Below, in pieces: positions 1-9,354 of a stretch of 64,000 nucleotides of DNA. The position numbers and the translations under genes were made by a program. A model generated the notes under the pieces. That model made no database searches and was not told the origin of the DNA. It saw only the letters and a list, made by a program, of their open reading frames with translations. Within the stretch, counting starts at the first letter, position 1. Each line of letters opens with the position of its first letter. The stretch lies in the IMG/VR virus record IMGVR_UViG_3300029286_000013; one strand, given 5' to 3'. This DNA is from a virus.

Positions 1-249
1 GAGATTCCATTTATCACTAACTATGGGGTCAGCAAGAGCTTCATTATATACTTCCTCACTCTCCCACAACATGGTAGTAATGAGTGTTAGTCCATCACTT
101 GATTGTTGACGATCTAAGAATAGTAATTTAGATGTTTGTTTATATGTAGCGTCCCAGTGACTTCTAAATGCATCAGAATCTTCCCCCATGACAGAATAAA
201 ATTCTACGTCAACTGAAGGTCTTGTATGTTTTGCTGTTATTTGGTACAT
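1..249 (-). CDS. Partial ORF (3' end runs off window), ABM/dimeric alpha-beta-barrel-like; paralogue of the N-terminal domain of 259..1185
   Basis: Not in ORF track. My translation is MYQITAKHTRPSVDVEFY...LTLITTMLWESEEVYNEALADP, which aligns with MITITKKHTRPSVDIPFF...LTISTTTVWESQEAFAEYFSDP. AGGA RBS upstream; GATAAATA at 270-277. Confidence 0.75.
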   Translation of the reverse strand, partial: MYQITAKHTRPSVDVEFYSVMGEDSDAFRSHWDATYKQTSKLLFLDRQQSSDGLTLITTMLWESEEVYNEALADPIVSDKWNL

Positions 250-258
250 TCTTTTTTC

Positions 259-1185
259 CTATAATACAGTATTTATCATAGTTACAGTATTGCCGGTAAC
301 ATCTTTTGTAACATCGGCATAGCCTTCTTTTATAAAGGCTTCGGGATAGTAACTTTTAATCAAATCTGCTTGATGTTGGCCTTGAATTTGACCTTTCCAT
401 TGTACTGCCGCACTAGTCATTTCTTCTGGATTTTCCCAACGTTGGAATGCTAAAATAACAAACCCATTACCAGTACCTGCATCTTCATCACCGCCGTGAT
501 ACCCACCGTTAACTAACTTAGTACTAAGTCCTCCCCATGTTCTACTTGTATTAGTTATTGATCCTTCGTCAGGCTTCCAAGTTCCTCCGCCCCCCATTGT
601 CATAGTAATCACTTCCATTCTAGGATGTGAGTGTTTCCAGATGTACATGTTTGGATACTCAATATAAAATTCAACTTGATAGTTACCTTTTCTGAATAAA
701 CAAATAGCCACAGCATCGTCACTACGTATGACATTTGCATTCCAAGGAATCATCATGGGCATTCTTTGTTCACAATACCAATCTACAAAATCTTCGAGGC
801 TAGACCAATCATCTGGAATTTTAACATCTTTAAAATAATCCTTAGCATCAACTTGTTTCCATGTGGGTCTAATGAATCCAGCATCTGATGTTGAACTTGA
901 TACTATACCATTTATTTGCTCATACTCAGTACTGATTTTTGTAAAGTTTTCTACACAAAACGGATCACTAAAATATTCAGCAAAAGCCTCCTGTGATTCC
1001 CATACTGTCGTAGTAGATATAGTCAACTGATCCTCTGACATTGTTCTATCAAATCTCACTAGTTTACCAGTATCTATATAATTTGCTTTTAGATACGATC
1101 CGTATTCAGGTCTGACAAGCTTAGTCTGATAAAAGAATGGAATATCAACGCTAGGTCTCGTATGCTTCTTTGTAATAGTTATCAT
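259..1185 (-). CDS. Two-domain protein: ABM-like N-domain plus cupin-like C-domain
   Basis: WESQEAF motif typical of ABM barrels; HSHPRME...H cupin metal motif; GAGGA RBS. Confidence 0.5.
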   Translation of the reverse strand: MITITKKHTRPSVDIPFFYQTKLVRPEYGSYLKANYIDTGKLVRFDRTMSEDQLTISTTTVWESQEAFAEYFSDPFCVENFTKISTEYEQINGIVSSSTSDAGFIRPTWKQVDAKDYFKDVKIPDDWSSLEDFVDWYCEQRMPMMIPWNANVIRSDDAVAICLFRKGNYQVEFYIEYPNMYIWKHSHPRMEVITMTMGGGGTWKPDEGSITNTSRTWGGLSTKLVNGGYHGGDEDAGTGNGFVILAFQRWENPEEMTSAAVQWKGQIQGQHQADLIKSYYPEAFIKEGYADVTKDVTGNTVTMINTVL

Positions 1186-1195
1186 TTTAATTTCC

Positions 1196-2119
1196 TCATA
1201 TGTGTGTAAAATGTTTATTTCCCAATATTTCTAATTTCAATTGGTCGGGCGTTCTGTCTACAGTTTGCCTGTACGGCAATCCGTTATACTTTTTCTGCAA
1301 AAAAGATTCAAATTCATTAACTAGTGAATCAGTTTTTTCAAATCCTGTTTGTTTCTTGCGCTCAATAAGATCGGGATACGCTTCCCTATATCCAATAAGT
1401 TTAGTTGAGTTGGAACCCAACTTACCATAGTATTTATCGTTGACTAGTTTGTTAAACCATGTTGTTTTCATATAAGACAATACTAATCCAGGTGTCCACT
1501 TAAACCATTCAGCGATTCCGGGTTTATTAATCTGTCTTAAGAACTTTGACCAACCAATGTCATGTTCCCAACAACGCATCATCCACGTTCCTTTAATAGA
1601 ATAATCGTCATTGGTGCGCCAAGGTGATAAGTCACTTGCTCCCATTATCGGGAAGCCGTCTACTAGTTCTAATAGTTTACAATACGGCAATGCTCTAGGT
1701 CTATCAATCTGTGACAGTTCAGACATTCTTTCTGCGTCATTCTCGTAAAATTTTTGTAGATTGAAATCTAATATTTTATAGGGCACATTTAATATAGAAC
1801 ACACGGTTACTGCATAACTCACATCATAAATGTTATAGTCATTTTCATATCTTGCTATTAGAATCTCAGGATTAGCACCTATTTCTAAGAACGCACGTAA
1901 CATTATCTCACTATCGATACCACCACTGAATAATATTACAGGTGTTGAATCACAATGGTCAATAGTGCTACGTGCGGCATTAAATAATTCATCTTTGAAA
2001 TTACTTACCCTTCCGTTATATTGTCCAAAATTAGTATTAAACTTGTCATTGGATGTTTGTCTGCCAAATAGTCTATCATCATAACTCCAACTATACCAAT
2101 TATTCTCACTTGTGTACAT
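1196..2119 (-). CDS. PP-loop (N-type) ATP pyrophosphatase, asparagine-synthase-C/QueC-like
   Basis: LFSGGIDSE PP-loop and C-terminal RKKQTGFE (asparagine synthase RxKxGF-like). Start moved to MYTSENN to reduce overlap with the upstream gene. Confidence 0.6.
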   Translation of the reverse strand: MYTSENNWYSWSYDDRLFGRQTSNDKFNTNFGQYNGRVSNFKDELFNAARSTIDHCDSTPVILFSGGIDSEIMLRAFLEIGANPEILIARYENDYNIYDVSYAVTVCSILNVPYKILDFNLQKFYENDAERMSELSQIDRPRALPYCKLLELVDGFPIMGASDLSPWRTNDDYSIKGTWMMRCWEHDIGWSKFLRQINKPGIAEWFKWTPGLVLSYMKTTWFNKLVNDKYYGKLGSNSTKLIGYREAYPDLIERKKQTGFEKTDSLVNEFESFLQKKYNGLPYRQTVDRTPDQLKLEILGNKHFTHI

Positions 2120-2537
2120 GCTTATATGTCCCAAATATCATATCCCATAACGGGGTAAATAGTCCGTAATTTATTTCACCAGAGTGGTGCATCAAATGCC
2201 ATTTGCCACTAGTAAGAACAGGTAGATTAAATTGTCTATCATGTTCAATTGTTTCTTGTATGAATGCCGCCCATACATAATATAATACGCTAATCCACCA
2301 TTGATTGGTTATCAATGAAAAAAGCAAAGTAGGAATGACTTCAGTTATCCACAAGTCTATTGTACTAGTCCAATCATCATTAAATAGTAATAGGTTAGAC
2401 CAATGCCACTTAGTAGAATGATTAAGTATAAACTGGTGATGATGCAGATGAATTTTACGAATCACCGGCACTATATGACCAACTCTATGAATCCAATACA
2501 GTATTAGAGTCCATAGAAAGAAATATAAAACAATCAT
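2106..2537 (-). CDS. Fatty acid hydroxylase / sterol desaturase family membrane protein
   Basis: His boxes YWIHRVGH, HLHHH, EH, HLMHH followed by NYG...LWD..FGTY; hydrophobic segments. Confidence 0.85.
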   Translation of the reverse strand: MIVLYFFLWTLILYWIHRVGHIVPVIRKIHLHHHQFILNHSTKWHWSNLLLFNDDWTSTIDLWITEVIPTLLFSLITNQWWISVLYYVWAAFIQETIEHDRQFNLPVLTSGKWHLMHHSGEINYGLFTPLWDMIFGTYKHVHK

Positions 2538-3310
2538 TACGTTTTTATCAATTTAATAATCAATCCAGATATATCCAATTCCCACCATTGTTTTCTAAAA
2601 GTATAATCTTTGGGAAATCTATGATGATTGTTATGCCATGCCTCACCCCAACTAGGGATTGCAAACAACCAACTGTTAGTACTATCATCATTTAAATTGT
2701 ATGTTCTGTACCCGCTTATCCAATTGGGTTTGTGTCCGGCTATGTTAACAACATTACTCATTATACCTGTTAATACTGCCGGCGCCCAATGACCAAATAT
2801 CATCAACCAAACACCACCTATTGCAAATAATAACAAGCTCCAGGCTGCAATGATTACAAAGTAGTATCTATGTACAAATTGCTGAAATTTATCACTAATC
2901 AGTCGGCGCATTCTCCACTTAGTATCTTGATTAATATTTGCTTCATACTCAAGCAAGAAGATACTCCATCCTTTATATTTAGGAGAGTGTGGATCATTAA
3001 TAGTGTCACTTTTTAAATGATGATTAATGTGTATTGCTACCCACGCAATCGCACTACCTGTGCCTCCCAAAGCACCAAATATAGTAAACAATTTGGTCAA
3101 CCACTCGTTTGATTTATAACTATTGTGAGTTAATTTTCTATGGAACGTTACAACAATACCTAAACACCCGTATACAAAATATCCTGCCAACACAGCCCAA
3201 AACATACTGATAGTTAACGGATAGTATAGTAGTCCCATTAATGTCCCTAGTAATCCTAGTAGTACGAATAATTGAACTCCTTTAGTGCTTGATGATAGAT
3301 AGTGTGTCAT
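2537..3310 (-). CDS. Delta-9-type fatty acid desaturase
   Basis: HRKLTH, HINHH..SD...DPHSP and GEAWHNNHH boxes; TM helices. Confidence 0.92.
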   Translation of the reverse strand: MTHYLSSSTKGVQLFVLLGLLGTLMGLLYYPLTISMFWAVLAGYFVYGCLGIVVTFHRKLTHNSYKSNEWLTKLFTIFGALGGTGSAIAWVAIHINHHLKSDTINDPHSPKYKGWSIFLLEYEANINQDTKWRMRRLISDKFQQFVHRYYFVIIAAWSLLLFAIGGVWLMIFGHWAPAVLTGIMSNVVNIAGHKPNWISGYRTYNLNDDSTNSWLFAIPSWGEAWHNNHHRFPKDYTFRKQWWELDISGLIIKLIKT

Positions 3311-3318
3311 ATATGTAT

Positions 3319-3828
3319 TTATAGATTATTATCAATGATATATTGTTTAACTTCATCATATGATGCAGGTAACGGTACTCCTATACTTAGTAAATATCTG
3401 TATTCACTGAAGTTAAAAATTGTATGAAATTTATGCACGTTTAACAAAGTATACTTATCTTGCTCGTATACTAATTTAGTTACATCAACCATTCGCCCAT
3501 TAGCGGCCGGATTACCAAACATTGTTAAACTATCGTAACCGTCTATTAACATATTTATGCAACAATTTCTTCCTTGATGGTCAATATGCCATTTGTAACA
3601 AGTATTTGGTTTAAATCTATAGATTGCCAATTTTTGTTGGCAATCAAATTTCTCAATAAATCTAACTAAATTAGGTTCTGTCTTAAAATCATCTATTGTT
3701 AACAATAAACAATTCATCTCAATAATGTCTTTCCAATCACTTTCCGTTGATTTGGATATTATGTCACGCAAATACTGTGTCAACGTTGATGTGTTTTGCA
3801 ATCTATAAAATAATTTTACACTATCCAT
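3319..3828 (-). CDS. Small Fe(II)/2OG-oxygenase-like (DSBH) protein
   Basis: WHID...FHTIFN..RYLLS (HxD...H...R). Confidence 0.6.
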   Translation of the reverse strand: MDSVKLFYRLQNTSTLTQYLRDIISKSTESDWKDIIEMNCLLLTIDDFKTEPNLVRFIEKFDCQQKLAIYRFKPNTCYKWHIDHQGRNCCINMLIDGYDSLTMFGNPAANGRMVDVTKLVYEQDKYTLLNVHKFHTIFNFSEYRYLLSIGVPLPASYDEVKQYIIDNNL

Positions 3829-4409
3829 GCATAATCCTTATACTTAGATGCGCTTTCTTTAATTAAAGAAGAATGATTTTTCTTTAATGGCCCGTATACT
3901 AATAACAATCCTTTAGTCTTTGTATTATCATAAATTGCAGAATGCTGTAGAGGGTAGTCTTTATAATAAAATGAATTTGTATCTGTTGGCAATGTCAATT
4001 TTCTTTGTTGATTATTGTACGTGAACTCCCATATGGGGTCTGTGTAAGTGTTCCACAATACTGCTCTAAATTCGTCACGCGGAGATGCATAATCAGAATG
4101 CGATGGTACTGGTTCGGTATTTTCCATAACTCTAATTAATCTAGGCTCTAGTGGTACGTGTTTAAAAATCTGTTCTAGTAAGTTATCAATAACTGCACAC
4201 TTAGGTGCTATTACAGCATCATACAATGAATACAATCTTGTGTTTCCTGTATTGAATATGTCAACCCCCCTAAGCATATCCTTGACAGTATTATTATGAT
4301 TACTTGTCACTTTGTTTATAAACTGAGAATGAGTATTCCAAACATCCCACCATTCATCCCAATTGTTTGGTTCTATTTTTGGTATGTCTAACGGTGTGTA
4401 TATTATCAT
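3816..4409 (-). CDS. Small Fe(II)/2OG-oxygenase-like protein
   Basis: SHSD...LQHSA....K facial-triad pattern. Confidence 0.5.
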   Translation of the reverse strand: MIIYTPLDIPKIEPNNWDEWWDVWNTHSQFINKVTSNHNNTVKDMLRGVDIFNTGNTRLYSLYDAVIAPKCAVIDNLLEQIFKHVPLEPRLIRVMENTEPVPSHSDYASPRDEFRAVLWNTYTDPIWEFTYNNQQRKLTLPTDTNSFYYKDYPLQHSAIYDNTKTKGLLLVYGPLKKNHSSLIKESASKYKDYAWIV

Positions 4410-5167
4410 TTTTTTATTATTGATATAATTGTCATCACTGGATCATACTCTTTATCTTTTATTTGAGTTGAACACTCTTTGGGATTAGCATGATGATTGT
4501 TATGCCACGCTTCACCTAATATAAAGGGGAATAACCATATGTTATTTCTACTATCATCTTTGGTTACAAAATTTCTATACCCACTAGTATGACCAAAGTA
4601 ATTAAAATTGTTTTGACTTAAGTGAACCAAAAATACAGGAAGTATCCAAATGAAATACAACAACTCTAAATTGATTACCGCTAGTACAAATACAAATGAC
4701 AAGATTATAGCCATATACCATTTGTGTATGAACAATTGTTCTTTGGTCATCAAGTCTTTTACTAAAAAGATTTGCATAGGTTCTTCTTCTTGTTTCTTAT
4801 AATGACCAAAACCAAAAATCTTGTATCCTAAAAATTTGGGGCTGTGTGGATCTTTTTCTGTATCAGAATATGCATGGTGTTTTCTATGTAGATATGACCA
4901 TCCTAGCGGGCTACCCCGACCAGATAGCACAGCCAACAAAGTAAAAAACCATTTTAGCATATCATTTTTAAATTCAAATGATTTGTGTGAGAAGTAGCGA
5001 TGCAATGTCATCCAATTACCCAAAATATTAAGTATATAAAAACTAAATAAGGTGATTGTTAAATTGGGTATAGTAAACATGGATAGATTAACTATCCCCG
5101 CAAATACACTGAGTGTGATTCCCAAAGTTAGTAGATTGATGTTGCGAGATGTTGATCCTAGTTGCAT
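4406..5167 (-). CDS. Delta-9-type fatty acid desaturase
   Basis: HRYFSH, HRKHH.YSDTEKDPHSP, GEAWHNNHH; AGGAGG RBS. Confidence 0.92.
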   Translation of the reverse strand: MQLGSTSRNINLLTLGITLSVFAGIVNLSMFTIPNLTITLFSFYILNILGNWMTLHRYFSHKSFEFKNDMLKWFFTLLAVLSGRGSPLGWSYLHRKHHAYSDTEKDPHSPKFLGYKIFGFGHYKKQEEEPMQIFLVKDLMTKEQLFIHKWYMAIILSFVFVLAVINLELLYFIWILPVFLVHLSQNNFNYFGHTSGYRNFVTKDDSRNNIWLFPFILGEAWHNNHHANPKECSTQIKDKEYDPVMTIISIIKK

Positions 5168-5182
5168 ATTATTCCCTCCTTG

Positions 5183-5198
5183 TATTTATTAATAAATA
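5183..5198. promoter_or_regulatory. Bidirectional palindromic T4-type late promoter pair (TATTTATTAATAAATA)
   Basis: Perfect 16-bp palindrome with ATAAATA on each strand, between divergent genes. Confidence 0.7.
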
Positions 5199-5204
5199 AT
5201 CACT

Positions 5205-6698
5205 ATGCAAGTTATTCTATTCACAGACGTTGCCGATACTTTAGGCTATGGTAAATACGCAGGTACATACAAAGTTGCCACTGAGGTGAGGAACGCAGGT
5301 TATACTTGCCAAGTTGTTGATTTGTTCAGTAAATACACATACCAAGAACTTGAAAATATTTTAAACAAGTTTGTAACATCAGAGACAGTTCTTATTGGGT
5401 TCAGTTGTACACTTATGGAAAGACGGGTCGGGTTATACGGTAGTAAGAATTATACTGTCTACAATTTTGGTAGACCTGATAGTGAAGTAGAAAGTTTACT
5501 TGACTATGCCAAAACAAAAAATTCAAAGATTAAAACAGTCGTGGGCGGTGCTCGTATTAATATGAATGTCGGCTGGAAGTTCATTGATTATGCTGTAGTT
5601 AATAAAGGTGACATTGCTATTGTCAAACTAGTTGAACATTTACTATATGGTAACAATTTACCATTAGTTAGAACATCACCGTGTAAAGTTATTGATGGAA
5701 GTAGTAGTGATTATTTTTATAGCCAAGACCAGTTTGCTACAAGTAAAATTATATATCAACCTCAAGATATCATATTATCGGGCGAGTGTTTGCCAATTGA
5801 AGTGGCGCGTGGGTGCATCTTTAGTTGTGCATACTGTCACTTTGACTTGATTGGCAAAAAGATTGGTGATTGGCAAAAGGCAGAAGATTCTTTACGTGAT
5901 GAACTTATGCGTAATTATGAGTTGTATGGAACAACTCATTATATGGTATCAGATGAGTTAATTAATGAGAGTCTACCTAAGATGGAATTAGTACATAAGG
6001 TATTTACTTCATTGCCATTCAAAATAACATACACAAGTTATGCACGACTAGACTTGATATCAGCGTTCCCTCAAATGCGTGATATGATACAAGAAAGTGG
6101 TGCTGTTAGTATTGCGTTTGGCATTGAAACAATGAATGATGTTGCAGGTAAGAAGATTGGTAAAGGCTTAGGTAAAGTCAGAACTAAAGCGGCATTGGCA
6201 CACTGTGCTGAAACTTGGAAAGGTAAGATTGTAACAAGCAGTCAATTTATTGTCGGCTTACCTGGAGAGAATGAAGCAAGTATGCGTGAAACTGTTGATT
6301 GGTTAGTTAGCGATGAATGTGATTTGGATATATTTGGATTCTTACCGTTATTCATTCGACCAGAAGAAGATGGTCGATCTACTAGTAAGATTGATAGAGA
6401 CCCTGCAAAGTTTGGTTATGTGTTACATGAAGACAAACCTTGGCAAGGTGAGCATATGAACTTTCAACAAGCATGTCGCTTAGTCTCTAGGTTGTATAGT
6501 GATCCTAGAGTACAGAAAAAAATCAAGTTTTCTGCGGCTACATGGATGGGTAGATTGTTGAACTTAGGTTATAATATTGAAGATATCTTTAGCATGATTA
6601 ATAACAGAAATCTTGCAAAGAATGAGGTTGTTAGTATTATTAATGAAAAATCAGAAATTAAAAAACAACTTTATTATGAAGAATTAATGAAGATTTAA
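5205..6698 (+). CDS. B12-binding-domain radical SAM enzyme
   Basis: EVARGCIFSCAYC (CxxxCxxC), N-terminal Rossmann-like domain (GFS...VVGGA), FGIET, FIVGLPGE. Confidence 0.85.
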   Translation: MQVILFTDVADTLGYGKYAGTYKVATEVRNAGYTCQVVDLFSKYTYQELENILNKFVTSETVLIGFSCTLMERRVGLYGSKNYTVYNFGRPDSEVESLLDYAKTKNSKIKTVVGGARINMNVGWKFIDYAVVNKGDIAIVKLVEHLLYGNNLPLVRTSPCKVIDGSSSDYFYSQDQFATSKIIYQPQDIILSGECLPIEVARGCIFSCAYCHFDLIGKKIGDWQKAEDSLRDELMRNYELYGTTHYMVSDELINESLPKMELVHKVFTSLPFKITYTSYARLDLISAFPQMRDMIQESGAVSIAFGIETMNDVAGKKIGKGLGKVRTKAALAHCAETWKGKIVTSSQFIVGLPGENEASMRETVDWLVSDECDLDIFGFLPLFIRPEEDGRSTSKIDRDPAKFGYVLHEDKPWQGEHMNFQQACRLVSRLYSDPRVQKKIKFSAATWMGRLLNLGYNIEDIFSMINNRNLAKNEVVSIINEKSEIKKQLYYEELMKI

Positions 6699-7240
6699 TC
6701 CTTAAGCAAAAATATAGGATCTTTGTCAAATCCCAAAGATAATGTTATTCTAGGTGAGAGTTCTGACATAAGAACCGCATGCGGTTCGTTAACTAATACT
6801 ACTGTCGGTGCATCTATTTCTACACTATCTGCTGTTCTTATTCCGGCAATTCCTGATAGTATCCAGGCACCTATAGATGTTTTACTATTGAATGTTCGTT
6901 TGTTAAATTCGCCACCTGAATAGAATACAGTTTTGGAACCTTTACAATTTAATAGTGGTAAATTTATTCTTGCAGACTGGGGGTACCCATCGACATGTAT
7001 CGGACTGTGACTATTTTGTGTCATAACGTATGCCACAGCCCAATTGCAAGTCAATCCATATTTAGCAAACCCGGCATCTAATTTAGGACAGTATTTTTTA
7101 AACGCAGTAACATCTAATGGATGATACGTTGTATTAGTTAACCTATAATAGATTTCAGGCTTATGTATTTTTAGATAGTCAACTGCATCACTGACGATAT
7201 CATCATAAAAATCTATTTCTATCTTTTTGTAATATTGCAT
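6695..7240 (-). CDS. Small Fe(II)/2OG-oxygenase-like protein
   Basis: IHVD...RINLPL...PHAV...RITLS; similar to 3319..3828. Confidence 0.6.
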   Translation of the reverse strand: MQYYKKIEIDFYDDIVSDAVDYLKIHKPEIYYRLTNTTYHPLDVTAFKKYCPKLDAGFAKYGLTCNWAVAYVMTQNSHSPIHVDGYPQSARINLPLLNCKGSKTVFYSGGEFNKRTFNSKTSIGAWILSGIAGIRTADSVEIDAPTVVLVNEPHAVLMSELSPRITLSLGFDKDPIFLLKD

Positions 7241-7242
7241 AA

Positions 7243-7258
7243 CGTATTTATAAATACG
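7243..7258. promoter_or_regulatory. Bidirectional late promoter, palindrome CGTATTTATAAATACG
   Basis: Exact T4 late consensus TATAAATA on both strands, each 4 nt from an ATG. Confidence 0.8.
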
Positions 7259-7260
7259 GG

Positions 7261-7860
7261 ATGTCCTATACTATTTTAGCTTATTCCGATATGACACTGC
7301 CTCAACGTGGTATCTTCTTTGATTTTTTAAAAGAGGCTCGAAAAGAAACAACACAGCCTGCACATGAAAACATGTGGGATAATGACTGGAAAAATAAAAA
7401 CAATACTCTACCGTACTTATTAGAGTGTACTAACAGATTCACCTCAGGTGGAAAATATAATGTAGCATTTGACGGAGATCAAATAGTAGGATGTAGCGGG
7501 GTATACACTAGTGCATTTTGCTCTGAGTTAGCAATCGCAGGAACCAGAACTTGGATTCATAAAGATTATAGAAACAAGTCTATAGCTAGAGAATATTTAT
7601 TGCCAGCCGAGAAGGCTTGGGTTATTGAAAACAACTTTAAAGCTATCGCTATCTGTTTCAATGATTATAATAAGAACTTGACTAAAATTTGGAAACGCCT
7701 ACGTTTAGGAGAAAAAAGAACTCCTAGACAATCACACCATATGTTTTTTAACGGAGTAAATGCGCTGGAGTTCCCCGTTACTATTCAATATACAAAGCAA
7801 TGGATCATGTATGAAAAACTAGACCCATCATTTGATTTTGATTGGGATAGTATGAAATAA
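7261..7860 (+). CDS. GNAT-fold acyltransferase
   Basis: IVGCSGV...RTWIHKDYRNKSIA (motif A-like), FNDYN. Confidence 0.65.
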   Translation: MSYTILAYSDMTLPQRGIFFDFLKEARKETTQPAHENMWDNDWKNKNNTLPYLLECTNRFTSGGKYNVAFDGDQIVGCSGVYTSAFCSELAIAGTRTWIHKDYRNKSIAREYLLPAEKAWVIENNFKAIAICFNDYNKNLTKIWKRLRLGEKRTPRQSHHMFFNGVNALEFPVTIQYTKQWIMYEKLDPSFDFDWDSMK

Positions 7861-7862
7861 CT

Positions 7863-9347
7863 TTACTCTTTCTTACAAAGAAACGTAACAAAACCTAAAT
7901 CAGCATGTATCACTTCTACTGTTTTAAATCCCACCATATGTAATTTATTAGTATACCAGCCTAAGGTAACACTATGCATTATACCAATTAAATCTTTTTC
8001 TTTCTGCTGAATATATTCTTCAGACACTCCGTTTTTTCTTTTAAAATCATAATACTCACGCTTAACAATTTCTGACTGTTGTAATTTATCAGTAAGTATA
8101 AGATAACCATAATTTGATAATGAGTTATAGATATCAGTCAGATAGGAATACTTGTCCTGAATAAAATGCACAGTCCAATTAGCTAAAATAAAATCATAAT
8201 TGTTCTTAGGGAAAGAGTCACTTTCAATAACTAAATCAGGAAAAATACTATTATCAATCATTGCACGACTGTTATCTACTCCGGTAACATTAGTATAACC
8301 TTCATCAATAAATTGTTTCATTGTATATCCCAATGCACTACCAACATCAATTATTCTAGCGTCTTTTTTTAAATTTTTATTGGCAAATTCAACGCACATA
8401 TCAATAACAGTATGATAAGACGGTATATGTGCTTCTGCTTCAAGCTGAAATCGTTTAGCTACTGAATCATCAAATACCCAAGATGTTTTATTAATATTAA
8501 CACTATCACCTTTAATTATAGTATCTTTTAATGTTTCAGTTACATTATTGCCTCGAAAATATCTAGCAATATACCTCAAAGGTCCTTGTTTATCATTTTC
8601 AAACTTATGATATTGCTCACGGAAAGGATCATAACTATTTTCAAATTTTTCAGGAAGTAATGTTTCCTCTGTCCTATTAAAAGAATTAGTAGACATTATT
8701 ATATCTAGTGCATTTATTGAAATCCTACTAGCAATACCTTCATAATAAATATTTTTCGTTGTATCATCTACACTCCTAACCATTGGCTGACTTGAAGTAA
8801 CTAATATTTCACCGTATTTTTTAACAGAATCATTAGGATCAATATTTTTAGCACCAATTGAACCGTATCCAGGAGTAGAGTCTGGATAGTTAATTGTTTC
8901 TATTACTATAGCTTCTTTAGTTATTTTACATAGTTTATCAAGTATCGATACCATATTCAAGAAACAGTAAATAACTCCGGCTGCTAAAACATAATCATAT
9001 TTTATATTTTGTGCTATTTTTTCATCTAAAAAATCTTCAATCTCTTGGTGTACAATTAAAAATTTATTAGAGTCCCAATATTTTGATAAAAGTATATTAC
9101 TATGGTCAATATAGTAGTTCTGTAACTCTACACCTGTGTAGTGTTTTGCCCCGTTAGTTAATGCATAATGGCCTGCGGCGCCAAGCGCACTACCTAAATC
9201 TAAAATATTTTTATCTTCTATTAGATTTTTAGGTAGTTGAACTTGACATTTTTTATATACAGTTTCTATAGTAGTAGGATGGTATACTCGGGTCTGTCTA
9301 CAATCTAATTCAATAAATTCTGTTGCAATTTCAAATATATTAGTCAT
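7863..9347 (-). CDS. Tandem SAM-dependent methyltransferase fusion (CmoB-like N-domain plus CmoA-like C-domain)
   Basis: Two motif-I sequences (ILDLGSALG, IIDVGSALG). C-domain WVFDDSVAKRF..HIPSY, GVDNSRAM, NWTVHF follows the CmoA pattern. Confidence 0.7.
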   Translation of the reverse strand: MTNIFEIATEFIELDCRQTRVYHPTTIETVYKKCQVQLPKNLIEDKNILDLGSALGAAGHYALTNGAKHYTGVELQNYYIDHSNILLSKYWDSNKFLIVHQEIEDFLDEKIAQNIKYDYVLAAGVIYCFLNMVSILDKLCKITKEAIVIETINYPDSTPGYGSIGAKNIDPNDSVKKYGEILVTSSQPMVRSVDDTTKNIYYEGIASRISINALDIIMSTNSFNRTEETLLPEKFENSYDPFREQYHKFENDKQGPLRYIARYFRGNNVTETLKDTIIKGDSVNINKTSWVFDDSVAKRFQLEAEAHIPSYHTVIDMCVEFANKNLKKDARIIDVGSALGYTMKQFIDEGYTNVTGVDNSRAMIDNSIFPDLVIESDSFPKNNYDFILANWTVHFIQDKYSYLTDIYNSLSNYGYLILTDKLQQSEIVKREYYDFKRKNGVSEEYIQQKEKDLIGIMHSVTLGWYTNKLHMVGFKTVEVIHADLGFVTFLCKKE

Positions 9348-9354
9348 ATATTAT

